From Phoronis australis (taxonomy: Eukaryota; Animalia; Phoronida): a DNA stretch of 64,000 nt. Location: positions 1 to 64,000 of the forward strand of contig NMRA01000293.1 in assembly GCA_002633005.1 (NCBI GenBank). The letters are read 5' to 3'. Each line of letters opens with the position of its first letter. The first letter of the stretch is position 1. Shown piece after piece: positions 49,254-62,554 of the stretch. The notes under the pieces are model-generated. The model did not search any database. It was given only the letters and a program-made list of their open reading frames with translations, and was not told the DNA's origin. The position numbers and the translations under genes are program-made.

Positions 49254-52200
49254 GTAAGTTGTTTGAATATTTCAATAGTCTTTCGTGAAATCATGAAGTG
49301 TCCTTAGAAGAAACTCACCTATTTAACATTACAACAATGCTTCACTTTCACAAAGTATTTTTTCAACATGGTCACAATAGTTTTCAGGGCTTGGAATTTT
49401 CCGCGGAAACGCGAATTTCCGCTTTTTTCAATGTGCTGTCCGCTTTTTTTATAATATTTCCGCGTAAAAAAATCAGATTTGATATAAAATTTCCGCGACA
49501 AATTCCTTTCTTACCGCGGCGTTGCAGACGACGTTCACCTGGAAAAGCGGAAGTTGCTCTTTTTGTTTCGGAGGAACGTAAATTGTCAACATTGCCGGGG
49601 CACCTGGGACAGCGTGGTGGGATTTTCAATGGCGTCTCGTATTATTGTTAAGCGCGGTGACAAATACTACCGCTCTGCAGCCAAAAATGTGTGGGGTTGG
49701 GAGTGGACGGGCGAGCTAAAAGGACGCAGACGCATGCTACTGATGGTGGTAACGTTTTTTTTTTAGTCCCGATTTTGTCGAGGAAAGGTTCACATTGACC
49801 ATTTCAAGGCTGGTTAGCGGGCATGATTTGGGCCGTAAAAGTTTCCGCGTTTTTTGTTATTGGTCATTCCAAGCCCTGAGTTTTAAACATTACAGTTAAA
49901 AAAAGTTCATTTCAATCCAACAAAAAAAATTCGTGACAAGTGTATTACATCGCAGCATCTTTCACATTGAAAATTCAAACTCCACTGGACCTACATAATT
50001 TTTGAATGTGTTGGATTATCCATGTGCATACTGCGGGGTGTGTGTGTGTTGAGCCTTGCAATCAATTCTCTAAACTGGTGCCAAACATTCACAATGACCT
50101 GATCTGCTGTATCAGTTTGAGCTTATTTGGAATTCAAATTCTAATCAAGGGAGCCAAACTCGCCATGACAAGCTCTACTGCAATGAGCCAAAATAGACTA
50201 GAGATGAAGATCTCATTTGATAAAACTAACATTAAAAATTAATGCTGATTCAGATGATGAGTTTAATTGAAAGGACATTCCCACCTTAGGTTTCATCATG
50301 GGCCTAAAATGTATGAAGTGTCAAAGGGTTCTTAAGGGAGTACCTTTATGGGCGTAGAAATGTGCTTAATCTATGCATACTTTTGCTTAATATATGTGTA
50401 TTTTTGCTTAATCTACATGTACTTTTGCTTAATGTACGCGTACTTTTCGTTTTTAAACGATCATCGTTCTGCTCTTAGGAGCTTCACACGCCGGAAGCTT
50501 TTCGGCGAATTATACCTCACACTGATTAAACCATTCACGTCATGTTGCTATAAGTACCTTTTGCACATAGACGGACACCTTAGGAGGCTGACAATGTCTT
50601 TAATTTCTTCCAACTCGAACAAAGCCGTGGACTTTTTTCGAGAAGTCCTTTTTTCAGTTACCTAAATTGGCAACTGGCCATTTTTAACACTGCGTGCACA
50701 CCTGGCGCTTGTGGCAAAAATAGGGCAAGATTGGACTATTGAACGCGTTGATTAAGTAAAACTATGTGTAGATTAAGCAAAATTGTGCGTTGAATCAGAG
50801 CACAATGATGATCGTTTAAGAATTAAAAGTACCTGTAGATTGAGCAAAAGTACCTGTAGATTAAGCAAAAATACCTGTAGATTAAGTAAAAGTATGTGTA
50901 GATTAAGCACATTCCTAGGAGCAGTACTGGTTAAAGAACCCTTTGAGGCTTCATAAAAATGTGACAATTGAGATAAATGGTTTATTGAACCAAACCATAC
51001 ACCATCTGTCTCCTGTTGTAGACTACCCTGCTAGTTATGATTGGGTGAACTTGCAATTTGCTATTATGTAATCACAAGTAGTGGTATGCCAGACATGGGA
51101 GGCATGCACCAAGACAGACTTTCATGAGGGTTACTTATTACTGCATCATTGACTGACATGCCTCCACTCTGGGCACAGCTGGGCTCTCTTCTTTGTGAAG
51201 CTGCCACTATATATTTGAATTTAAGGGCTTATTGTTCAAAGACTTCAATTTGAATGTTTGCACTTGCTTAAAAGGATGATCTGGTGGTAGCTAAGCTTTA
51301 GAACTTGGGCATGGTCAAGCATTTAGGTGGCACTGCTTAGCTTTTATGAAAAAGTGGCAAAAAGTAGTTTTTCTTGTCAGCCATGCTGTGTCTACTGTGA
51401 AATCAAAGCATCAGTTGACAGCACAAGATTGAAGGTTTAGTTAGCCGTTACAGAGGAAGTTGGGTGTTTTCAATCTAAGATTGATTTAAAAAGTGAATTG
51501 ATAAGCATTTGCCCATAACATGCATCTGTACAAAAATTCTAGTTTCACTTGCATGTGAAGTTCAGGTGCATTCTCCTACACGCGAAGCACTTGGGCAAGA
51601 GTGTATTATGTTGAGTATAGGTGCATGGGACTGCAAATTTACTCTGTAGCCTGTTCGCTGGTGAAAGTGATTGGTAGCTAAGTGAGGTGAACCCTGTTCC
51701 GTAAGCAGTGTACACACGCAGAAGCAGGGAATAAAGCATGTTAGTTGGACCTAGAAATGTTACAAATTTGGCTAACATTGGAAGGTCAGGTCGAAGTTGC
51801 TGATTTGATTCATTTGAAACTTTTTTTATATACTGTGATTTATGTACTATTCTCCAAAATTCTATTAGCAATTATTTTCAATTTGATCCACTTTTGCTTT
51901 AGGATTTATCAAAATAGGGCTTTAAAATTACAATTCTTATGAATACATATATCATCAGTTAAATAAAATGGAGACGAAGCGATAATCTAGAAAACTGTAA
52001 CTGTGTTGTTGAGATTTTATCTTCCAGGACATTTGGCCATGTTATTGAAACGTTGTTATGCTATGAATTTACCTTTTGTATGTACTTAATTTTACTGAAA
52101 ACGCATGGTGTCCCAAATAGTTGTAGTTTGGTAGTAATATCAAAAATCAAATTCTACAATTTTTTATTTACCCACATATTCATATGTCCATTCACTCGTC

Positions 52201-55200
52201 CGGCGTCCGTCTGCCGTTCTATCTCCAAACCCTTTGACGTATGTTCACGAAATGTTGCACATGTGTTCCTTTCATGAATGGGACAACATGAGCGAAGTTT
52301 CGGATGGATCTGACTACTGGTGTGTCCCCTAGTGGCAATTTTAGATTTTTACATTTACTTCTGTATCTTCAAAGGTCCTCGACAGATTTTCACAAAAGTT
52401 GGAATATAGGCATTTATTGGAGAGATGACGTAATTGTCCTGTTTTCGGATGGATTTGAGACATTTTTCGCCACCTACTGTCCATTTTCCTGTTTTTGAGT
52501 CTGTTTTTTGGTGTCCACCCCTCTATCAACCAAATCATTCTAAGGATGATTTTGAAAATTGGCCTATATGTTCTCAGTGTGAAGAGGAAAGTTGAGAATG
52601 ATGATTCAACTACTGCGGCACCTCGTGGCAGTGTTTTACGCCCATAGCTGTATCTCCTGAACCCACCGGTGGATGTTTATTAAATTTAGGAAGTATATTT
52701 GATATTTATATGAAGTCAACAACAGATGATGACTACTTTCAGACGGACCGACGAACGCTGTGTCCCCTAGTGGCAATTTCATTTTTTCTGTTTTCCTTTG
52801 TTTCTCTGAAGTTCCTTGACAGATTTTTATGAAATTTGTTAAATAGCTTACTATTAAAGAAACAATGGCATGTTCCGGTTTTCGGATGGATTTGACGTAT
52901 TTTGCACCATTCAGTAGCCATTTTATGATACAAATAAACCACCTGTTTCCGATGCATTTGTGGGTGCATTTCAATGCTCCGCGTTATTTTCAGAAAATGT
53001 TAAATTCAGTAGTTTTGAAGATATTTGACCGAGTGCACAACTTGTCAATAAGGTCCTACATAACCTTACGTTACCTCATGTTAATCGTTTAGTTGTTCAT
53101 TTTAGTTGTACTGTACTAACTAAACTTTGAACAGGTGAACATGGTAATTAAGTAGTCAAGCTACCTTGTGCGATGTATATGCCATTTAAATGTTGATACT
53201 TGTTTGAAAGTTGCATCCCTTACAGGGGTAATGTATGGTCTTTGCATTGCATTAATTAGAACTTGGATGTACCTTCGGAATTTAGGTTCAGCAATGGTTC
53301 ATGCTCGTCATGGAGAATCTAAAATGCATCAAAAATAGTTTCTATGCACAGAAAACGTTTGAAAAATGAAAACTGGTAACAACATATGGGAAACTCACAG
53401 ACAATTTCATAAACATGTTTTTTTTATTCATGTCACAGTTGCATGAATTCATTTATGCTTGGCAAAAGCTATTAAACCATAAGTTACTGTTCCTCTGTAT
53501 TTGTATGGGGAAAATAAAGTATGTGAAAATACTGTGATATCCTGTATTGGGAAGAATGTCAATGTATATGCGTAAACATTTCAATGAAAGCTGCCTGACT
53601 AATGGTTGGACTGGTGTTCTGCAGATCCACGCGTGGCTGACTGGTTCATGATGTCTACTCCGTGGCCCAGTATTGCCATATGTGTATTCTACGTCTATGC
53701 CGTGCTGTCGCTGGGACCGAGGATGATGGAAAATAGGAAACCGTTTGAAATCCGCAACATCATGATGCCGTACAACTTTGCTATGGTGGTGCTGTCTGGC
53801 TATACATTTATGGAGGTATTGGTGCTGCAGAGTGTTCTTTATTCATGGTTCTCCTAAAAGCGCCTGCTCATTTGTGGAAACACTTGGAATTCTTCTAATA
53901 ATGAGGTTTTGAAACAAGAGCATACACAGCCAAGTATTTTTTCCTTGGCTTAGGTAATATTATTATCTCCTAGCACTCTGTGTTCCATGTTAGAATGACT
54001 CATTGACTGCATATGTTTTAACTTTGTAGGTTTAATTTAGCTTTGTGTGAGTTAATCCTCTGAACTATCTGCTTTGTGAAGTAGTAGTGTTGAACACACT
54101 ATGTAGCAGATTGACTCCTGTTTACATAACATACCGTAAACGTTCGGGTTAACGCCCTGGGCGGTTAAATTGGCAAACCCAAAAAATGGGGGGTGGGCGG
54201 TTAACCAGACATGGGCGCTTAAACGTGAAACTTCAAAAAATCCAGGGTGTGTGGTTAACCGAACATGAGCGCTTATTACGACAGGCAAGCGCCCTGGGCG
54301 GTTAATCTTACCTCGTGATCCAAGTCCCCACACCACACATGTAGGCCTTCTCGGAACTTTCAAAGAGCGTTATCGTCACGTCGCCACATGACGGGAAAAA
54401 TGTCATAACAGCGGATGATCCTAACAAAGGTTATCATGCCCTCAGATTAGTTATTCACTATTAAATTTACAGAATTGCTGAGTAATAGCCCCGTGCCGTC
54501 CTGCGGTCTTGTTATTTAGCCCTGTAGAGCGCAGACGACCAGTGACCACGTAGCCTCTACTTGGATTGCAACTATTTCATCTTGCTAAAGTGCGCGCGTG
54601 CAAGCTTCACGTGTTGCAGAGGTCACAGCAGACATCAAATTTATGGTTGCAGTCTCGTACTAGCTGCCAAGTTCACAGTCAGAGAGCAGTTTTAAAATTG
54701 GTTGTAATAAAAGTTTGAAAACCTTAATTCAGATGTTTTTTGTGTTTGGGATGTTTATAGTCGATACTCCGTGACTCAATGACATTTTCAGCGTATGGTT
54801 CTGTGTCTTGCTGTTTTATCTCGACTGCCCGGCATTGCTCACTTGCCGTTGCGCCAAACATGCTCGGCAAAGACTAGGCCCAAGACAAGAATCGGGGTTT
54901 AGCAGCCGTGTGCCACTCGTCAATCAAGAATAAAATTTCGAGCCACGGCATAAATATGTGATAAAACACTACAAAACAGCGATATTTCAATTCATAAACG
55001 ATCACCTTACCAAACTTCATGGTGGAAAAACATTTATTTTTCATGCAAGATGTCCAGATTATCCTATTTATATCACTTGTAATATCGCACTGCGGTACAG
55101 TTCGGTCCCGCTGTTATCGTGCAATGTCTCAGTCGGCTGACAATCGTGAATTGGAAATGCCGTCAAGTAATATAACGGCCTCTTTCAATATGCATCTCGT

Positions 55201-58200
55201 TTTTATGGCCAAAGATAGCGTCGGGATTCAGCACGCGCGTAGGGCCTACGTGCGAGTCACCTGTCAATCACATGTTGGTGTCAAGGTAACATGCACTCTA
55301 AAGTGTGGGAACTTGCGCGCGTGCACCACTGCAAAGTCACACATCAAAAGAGAATAGCGACACTTCTAAGTAACAGAAACGGGCGTGACTATATGCTTTT
55401 AACCATTGTCTCATTTCTGTGGCCTGATTTTTTCAAATATATGTTTTATCAAGTGCACTGCAGACGAAAACTCAGCGCGGCACACAAAGTCGCCGAAAGC
55501 GGAGGTTTTGACGCTGCCATCAAGTAATATAACAGCTTTTTATGGCCAAAGATAGCGGCGGGATTCAGCACGTGCGTAGGGCCTACATGCGAGTCACCTG
55601 TCAATCACATGTTGGTGTCAAGGTAACATGCACTCCAAAGTGTGGGAACTTGTGCGCGTGCACCACTACAAAGTCACAGTCCTAAGTAACAGAAACGGGC
55701 GTGACTATATACTTTTAACCATTGTCTCATTTCTCTGGCTTGATTTTTTCGAATATGTTTTATCAAGTGCACTGCAGATGAAAACTCAGCGCGGCAGACA
55801 AAGTCGCTGAAAGCGGAGGTTTTGACGCCGGCGGCGTTCTTAAACTTTGCAAACATGGGAAGAAAATAAAGTGCCAAAAACGTTCAAGTATTATATTTTG
55901 AAGTGAGTCCATGACCCAAGACAATAACTCGTTACTTGTATAATTGCAATTCACATTGCTAAACCACCGTCTCGGAGGCCCGGCGTCGTTGCGCTCATTG
56001 TGATCATCGATCTTTTTCTAAAAGTCTGTGAATCGCGCGTTTCCTTAGCACTGGGCGCTAAATCTTCATTCTTTAAAAGTCGGGGATGGGCGCTTAACCG
56101 AGAGGTGAGCGCTTAACTGGAAATCTTCAAAAATCGCAGGGGGGCGCCTAACCGAGCAGTGGGCAGTTAAATCGAAAATCCACCTAAAGTAGGGGGTGGG
56201 CAGTTAACTGAGCATGGGAGTTCACCCAAACGTTTACGGTAGGTCTAGTGTGTAATTAGAATTGCACCTGGTCCTGGACTCCAGTCTTTTTACTTGCAGT
56301 CAACAATTTCTGTTCAACTTTGGTTAGAGTCTGTTATTCTGTGCTGGAGTATGTTATGGTTTACGTGTCTGACTGTGTTATCCTATTTTGCACTTGCTGA
56401 CCCCAGCATCAAAGCCAAAAGCTTTGAGCCTGAACTCGTAATTTTTACTCGAGTTGGGAGCTCGATTCTTGGGGTCATCAATTGCAAATTTAGATTTCAT
56501 AATGATTTGCGTAATTCATAATACATTCGAACACAGAATAATAGATAATTGTCTTAAGTTATAAAGGAGAACGGTACAAGCCAATATATGTTCGAGTTCG
56601 TGGTCGCCAGGTTTCAATAGATGAAATAACGCCATGTTGTTATTGTTAGTAAGTAATAAATCTCCATTTCTGCTGATTCCAAACCCTGGTTTTACTTGAA
56701 AGTCCGATTAGCTTGGGTGGATCACAGGTAACTTGTGGAGACATATAAATATAATGGAAAGCACCCTACAATTCAAAGCACCGGTTCACTGCAACATGTT
56801 TTGGTCAGAGTGCAACTGATCAACTATCATACAAGAGATTGAAAGGGAGGTCAAAGTGCATCGAATTAGTAACGTGGATTGGCAAATCTTTTGCGCACAA
56901 GGCTCTTGAGGCATGTGCAATTAGGTCACACTGGAATTACCTAAAGTGCTACTTGAGACACAAGATTATACATCTGATTGCGTGTCTCAGTGTTATCTGT
57001 GATGTTACTGAATGTTTATGAGCCGACAACCATCCCACAGTGAATTTGAAGAATTACAGCAGGTGCGTGCAGGCTTCTACATAAGCCAGAAAAACGCTTG
57101 AAAATACGGGTAGAAAAAGTAAAATACAAGTAGAAAATTGAAATTACTCGTTTGGATGTTGAGCTGATGTCTGGATTTGTTGGTCATCACTTTTTACGCA
57201 CCCAAATCCGGGAATATGAATGGCAATTATGACATCACTCGTTTCTTTGAGCGATCATTTTCGCCTGTGCTGAGCACTGCCTTACATAAAATCCCCCTAC
57301 GTAATTGTTACTATTTGTGACATTTCTGTTTTCAGTTCTTACTGGCTGGCTGGGCTACTGGGTACACACTGGGCTGTCAAACTGTTGATTACTCTGACTC
57401 TCCAAAGGCTCTCCGGGTAGGCTGCGGTTTTTACTGTTTATTGGTCGTGTTGCTGTTATTTAAAGTAAGATCTCACTAACAGTTTGCAAACTCAATGTTA
57501 CTCGTTGGTATTTAAATGATTTAGTAATAATCGGATATTATGTGCCCGCATTTTGAGAACCAGTTTTCTCTACTAAATTGCAGGCATCAAACTGGTTTTC
57601 AAAAAGGGGCATATTTCATCTGACTATTGCCATGATTGTCTGGATTACTTTGACTTATGTTTAGTATTCCACCCGTGGACAGGATTGCTTTTGGGAATGT
57701 GTCTCTCGTACATTAAAACTTTTGGTGGCCTATTTTTGACTTTACGAATAGATTCATCTATACAGTATTAACCCTGTACCATGTAATAACTATTTATAAA
57801 TACCTTAAGCTTTCAACTCAGTCGGTTAAAAATGTTAGACACAAGTATGTTGTCAGTATACTCTTAGGCCACTGATTAACAGTGTCTGTCATTTCACATC
57901 TTGTATTCTTTCATTCCTAGATGGCACGTGTTTGTTGGGTGTTTTACATCACCAAGTTTATTGAGCTTCTGGATACAGTAAGTATACACCCAGGTCGTGA
58001 GCAAGTTGGTTTTACAATAAAAGTTTATGTTATGAAAAGTGGAACATTTTTTTTCTGATTGTTTCCTTTTGTGTTTTAGTCACAGCAGCTGCATGAAATT
58101 TAGACACATTTAAATCAATTTTGACAAATTTTTTGAATAGTTTTGTGGGATAATAAATCATGTGAGCTCATGTTAATCTTGGTTTTTGCAGGACATATTG

Positions 58201-60871
58201 ACATGACATGACACGATCACAATAATTTTGATTGAAAAGGGGCAGTATACCATTCTGTAAAAAACATCTTTTCATTCGAGTGACTTGCTGTTACAAAACC
58301 TGTCTCATTCTTCTCAAATGACGGTAATATGCAATCTTTTCCAATGGTGGTATCCACTGATATGCCAGTATTGGATTGAAATTCTTCCAACTGTTACCTC
58401 ATGCCATGGTGCCTGAATTATGTCTGGAACAGTGCTAAGGAATCCTTCTGCTGTAGATATTCTTTGTGATGCGTAAGAAGAACAGCCAAGTGACATCTCT
58501 GCATGTATTTCATCACGCTGTCATGCCTGCCTCCTGGTGGTTCGGAGTGAAGTTTGTGGCTGGTAAAGTGGGCTTTGTCTAAAAAGACTTTGCTAATTTG
58601 CTGGAAGTTCATTATGAGCCTTGTAGAAACTTGGTTGTCGTATATATTCTGCTCTTCAACTGTAGTGCAGTGGTTTTCTATAAATATTATATAGTTTTAT
58701 CTTGTTGTTCATTCTGTAAAGACCACTTAGTTACTCAGTAAACATTTGTCCTTGTGTTTGCCTGGTGTGCATTCTAGAGGTCTCTTCATACAACAATTAG
58801 ACAATGGATGGTGGGCAGTTGGTCTCTCTTGGTTACATTTACTGCCCCAAGCTTGAGTAAAGGGACATTATTGGTTTTTCATATCCGAAAATACATTTTT
58901 GGGATTCTTGATGGATGAGAAAACTACTTGAAATTATTAGCTTCAACTAAACGTATAAAACAACAAAATCTGTTGTGTTTTGTGATTTTATTATAAATTG
59001 CCAATTCTCACCATAATCTGCCAAAATTCACTGAAAACAACGCCTATGACTTTACCAATAAAACATGCTTTAAATACTCTGCCAGTTATCGAGTGACATT
59101 TAGGTCCGACAGCAGAGTTTTAGGTGGCAACCACTGTCATTGCAGGTTCGATTCCATGCTGGGGATGATCTCGAATAACCGCTGTGATTTTGTGAGATAA
59201 GTCTCATTGCCGTTTTGAATCTCCAACCCCTAGGTTGTAATCTGTTGCTCTGCAGGTAGAGCTAGACCCCACTCAATAAATGACAGAGTATTTTATATTC
59301 AACTGATAAAGTAATGGACTTTGTTTTGTGCAAAAGTCTGAAAGACAGTAGCGAGAATTGGTGATATGTAATAATTTTCTGTGTCAAAGCTAATAACTTT
59401 CAAAAAGTTTATCCAGTCCAACAATCAATCGTTTTTTGTCCGTAAAACCAATAATGTCTCCCTAATTTTAATTTGATACAGGTTTTACTTAAATAGTTAT
59501 TGCTGCATGAGAGGATTAAAATCCTTAATTGATAGAAAATGCCAAAATTGACTAATTGTTAGCAGCACATGTAAAGTTAGGATTAATTAGTGTTTTCTTG
59601 TATTTTTTTTTAGTAAAATGTGTTATTACTTATTGTTTTCAATTTTTGCTGTCTTAGACGAAAGTGTAATTGATTACTAAAAAACAAAACCACCAAATTT
59701 CACCCAGTCAGATGGTGTAATAATTAATTACATTTTCTTCATCTTGATGGTGTCTTAGTAAAATGACCATGTATTATTTACTTGAATACGACCCCCTGTC
59801 ATTTCCAGGTGGTTTCGGCACATTCCATTCGCTTCTCAACTCGTTCATTCACTTCCTGATGTACATCTACTATGGTTTGGCTGGCCTTGGACCCCAGTAT
59901 CAGAAGTACCTGTGGTGGAAGAGATACATGACCAAATTCCAGATTGTAAGTCCACTTAGCAATTAAAGTAAATCCTTCATGAGTCATCAGCTGATTTGGT
60001 GGGTTATTCGTTCCAATTGATGTAGGGTGAGTGAATGAGAGACAGGCGAGTCCCTCTGGGCAGTAGTACTCTCATTCATCGCAGGTTGCTTCTCAGCCAT
60101 AATTGGCACTCGCGTCTGCACATTTTCAGCAGTCTGGAATTGACACTGCAACCTTTCAGTTGAGGTACCACCGCAATCGTTACATACTGTTGGGCTTAAC
60201 ATTCATGGGTTTTCTCAGCCTTGATGAGCAAGCATCAAAAAGTTAACCTTGTCAGCATTTTGTCTGAGTCATGGAAAGTTGATTCTTCTTGTCTACTACT
60301 TGTTTAGTGGGTATTGTTGTTGATGAACGCGACAGATGTAATTACTGATCTGAGCTAAAAAATGCCACGACTTTCAATTGTACTCTCTGTCTTTCATGGA
60401 GATGAATGTTGATACGTGCTGAATTAACAGTTTTTAATACTCACTATCTAACCATATTTCTTTGATTAACAATGAGACTGTTTATTGAAGTTAACAACTG
60501 TGTCTTGTGACATTAGGCCACATGTTTCCCGAAAGAGAGCCAGGCTATGTTTCCTCAAAGCATTTTCGAGCTTTGTCCGCCCTTGAACTATTTGTTTGAA
60601 TAGGTTTCATTTAGGGTAACAATTCCGTAACAAATTTCTTGTAAATTTCCAGATCCAGTTCATTCTTGTCACCATGCACTCTACGCAGCTTCTCTTCTAC
60701 AAAGACTGCCCTTATCCCAAACTGTTCATCGTTTGGATTCTCGCCTATGCCGTCATCTTCCTAGTGCTGTTTGTTGACTTTTATCGTAAGTCATACAAGT
60801 TGAAACGTAAGCCTGATGCCTCATCTGCAAATGGGGTTGCCAATGGTGTCACTAAAAATAAAACCTCTTGA
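49205..60871 (+). CDS. ELOVL7: Very-long-chain fatty acid elongase, ELOVL1/7-like (gene span, 7 coding exons, 279 aa)
   Basis: join(49205-49253,53625-53815,57336-57416,57921-57977,58457-58562,59809-59945,60653-60871) = 840 nt, open frame. [52 protein letters not shown]-terminal KxKxx. Orthology (ELOVL1 vs ELOVL7 vs co-ortholog) is unresolved. Confidence 0.93.
49385..49878. mobile_element. hAT-like MITE (494 bp)
   Basis: Perfect 13-bp TIR CAGGGCTTGGAAT/ATTCCAAGCCCTG; AGTTTT on both sides (6-bp TSD); TTTCCGC subterminal repeats. Confidence 0.8.
50313..50955. mobile_element. Foldback MITE whose arms contain 21-bp tandem repeats
   Basis: Arms are reverse complements (TGAAG..TCAAAGGGTTCTT..., four TGCTTAATCTACA.GTACTTT units, TTAAACGATCATC). 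Confidence 0.8.
52160..52990 (+). mobile_element. Helentron-associated (HINE-like) element
   Basis: T-rich 5' end with ACCCAC, GTCC-type microsatellite (CGTCCGGCGTCCGTCTG), 3' GTGGGTGCATTTCAATGCTCCGC. The same 3' end recurs at ~45465-45495. Confidence 0.6.
53625..53815 (+). CDS. ELOVL7: ELOVL coding exon 2
   Basis: [15 protein letters not shown]...[11 protein letters not shown]...[15 protein letters not shown]. Confidence 0.95.
54134..56239 (-). mobile_element. Non-autonomous Tc1/mariner-type transposon, copy 2 (2106 bp, inverted relative to copy 1)
   Basis: Same TIRs and TA TSD; reverse complement of 45885-47639 with an extra ~350-bp internal duplication. Confidence 0.9.
57336..57416 (+). 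CDS. ELOVL7: ELOVL coding exon 3
   Basis: [27 protein letters not shown]. Confidence 0.94.
57921..57977 (+). CDS. ELOVL7: ELOVL coding exon 4
   Basis: [19 protein letters not shown]. Confidence 0.95.
58457..58562 (+). CDS. ELOVL7: ELOVL coding exon 5 (His box)
   Basis: [36 protein letters not shown]. Confidence 0.96.
59100..59290 (+). mobile_element. Degenerate tRNA-derived SINE
   Basis: B-box GGTTCGATTCC at ~59144; no intact cloverleaf. Confidence 0.4.
59809..59945 (+). CDS. ELOVL7: ELOVL coding exon 6
   Basis: [45 protein letters not shown]. Confidence 0.96.
60653..60871 (+). CDS. ELOVL7: ELOVL terminal coding exon
   Basis: [23 protein letters not shown]...[10 protein letters not shown]...KNKTS*. 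Confidence 0.94.
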   Translation: MQFILVTMHSTQLLFYKDCPYPKLFIVWILAYAVIFLVLFVDFYRKSYKLKRKPDASSANGVANGVTKNKTS

Positions 60872-62261
60872 GGATTGGATATGTTAGATTTTATTCTGGG
60901 ACTTTGTTCTATTTTACGCGTCATGAATTTGTTACGCTAGGCCTGTCAAAATTAGCCATTTTTAAGTATGATAGATGAATAAGTGCAAGTTTCCTTTTAG
61001 TGTGTGTTTGTTTATGTTGGCATATTGCAATTCTAGTCCTTATGGTCAATCATTGTAGGTTGTTGATGTACGGAATATAAGTAATGGTCACTTACGGGTA
61101 TGAACCTGGTTCTCTAAGTCCTAGTCCCCTGTAAATGACTAGTGCCGAATAAACTACCAGCTTTCATGGCATGGTTTTATTTGTGCTGCCTTTATTGTTT
61201 ACAATGTTAGACTAAGTTGCTGTCGCTTGCTATATTTTGACTTAAAACCCAATGCGGTACCATCTTTGAAAACCATTGTTTTGGTTGACGTGTTTTTGGA
61301 CAGAACCCTTTTTGGTTCTTTATACAGTGAGTTAGCGTTCCTTGATAACAACAGGGACCAAGATTGACTGGTACCAGTTGTAAATTTTCTTTGAAGTTTG
61401 ACAACTGAGATCACACATTAAAGTCTTTGCGGGATATTGCCCTGCAGTATAAGCAAAGCTCATAATTAATTTCACTGTCTTGCGCTCACGATTATCTTGC
61501 ATTATGGCACATGCCTCTGGTCACTATGTTACTCGTATCAGCTCACTGTTTCATTCAGTTGTGTTTTATATCTCTGTGAATATGCAAGTTACATGATGTT
61601 CTTTTCTGATTTAAGGTTGGTGTAGAGAATTAAGATTTTTTACTTTTATTCTACTGAGCCATTTGTTGTCGTTGTGACCATCGGAGAGGTTCTATGACTT
61701 GTGGCTAATTATTTGACTAAACACATTATACCAGAGTTGGTCCAAATTAAAGCCTATCTTCAATGGTAACACATGTAAATTTGGTTCCTACACTATGTTA
61801 AGAGCATCGCTTTTAACCCACTAGTGCCATAAATTGCCAAATGTAACGAACTGTTAGGCGTATTAGCTTGCTTTTGTCTACGTCACCGCGAGAATCTTCT
61901 TTTCATTCAAACAGCTGCGAGTAACACGCACGCAAAGGTGTTCTGTTCAGACCCCTATTCAATACAACTTTTTGTTGTTTGTGGTGGGATCTCGCCGTGA
62001 CGCAACATGGCACGAAAAGGCAGCTTCACTTATCATTTGACGGGCTTACACTTGCATGATTGAACTTTCGTTTTCTTATTTACTCAGTCTTTGCTAGGAC
62101 TGTCTGGTTAGCCTAATACATCTAAAGTAACAAAATTCTGTTGAAGTTAGGCTTTAAGATGAGGCATTACAAGTTGGAATTGCAAGCCTACTGTTTGAAA
62201 TTTCGAAAATTTAAATTTAATCAAGGCATAGATATTAATTGCCTACAAAATACTACAATAC

Positions 62262-62554
62262 CAGGCTTTAAACCGGGGCTTTGTGTAAAAAATTATTTTA
62301 TTTAAGGACTTACCGTAATGAAGTTGGTCTCAAACTGTTCCTAAGTGAAGTTAGAGATTTTAGGGCTTTGTAGCCCAGTTTGTAATAACTTGAGTCGAAG
62401 CAGAGCGTGAGCTGAAGATATAACGGACTGCCAGTTTGTCCCAAGCCCGGAGATCATTTCTAAACTGAGTAAAGAACAAGTTAAAACCAATTTTAGAGGG
62501 GTAAATGCCTAGACCTATTTTTTTTACACAAATCTCGGTTTGATGCTGCTTTAA
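62262..62554. mobile_element. Small MITE relic
   Basis: AAACCGGGGCTTTGTGTAAAAAA pairs with TTTTTTACACAAATCTCGGTTT. Confidence 0.5.

Noticed and set aside
6003-60871. MTAP, TOE1, the membrane protein and ELOVL as a functional gene cluster
   Set aside because: Unrelated pathways (methionine salvage, snRNA 3' processing, lipid elongation) and mixed orientations; nothing in the sequence indicates co-regulation beyond adjacency.
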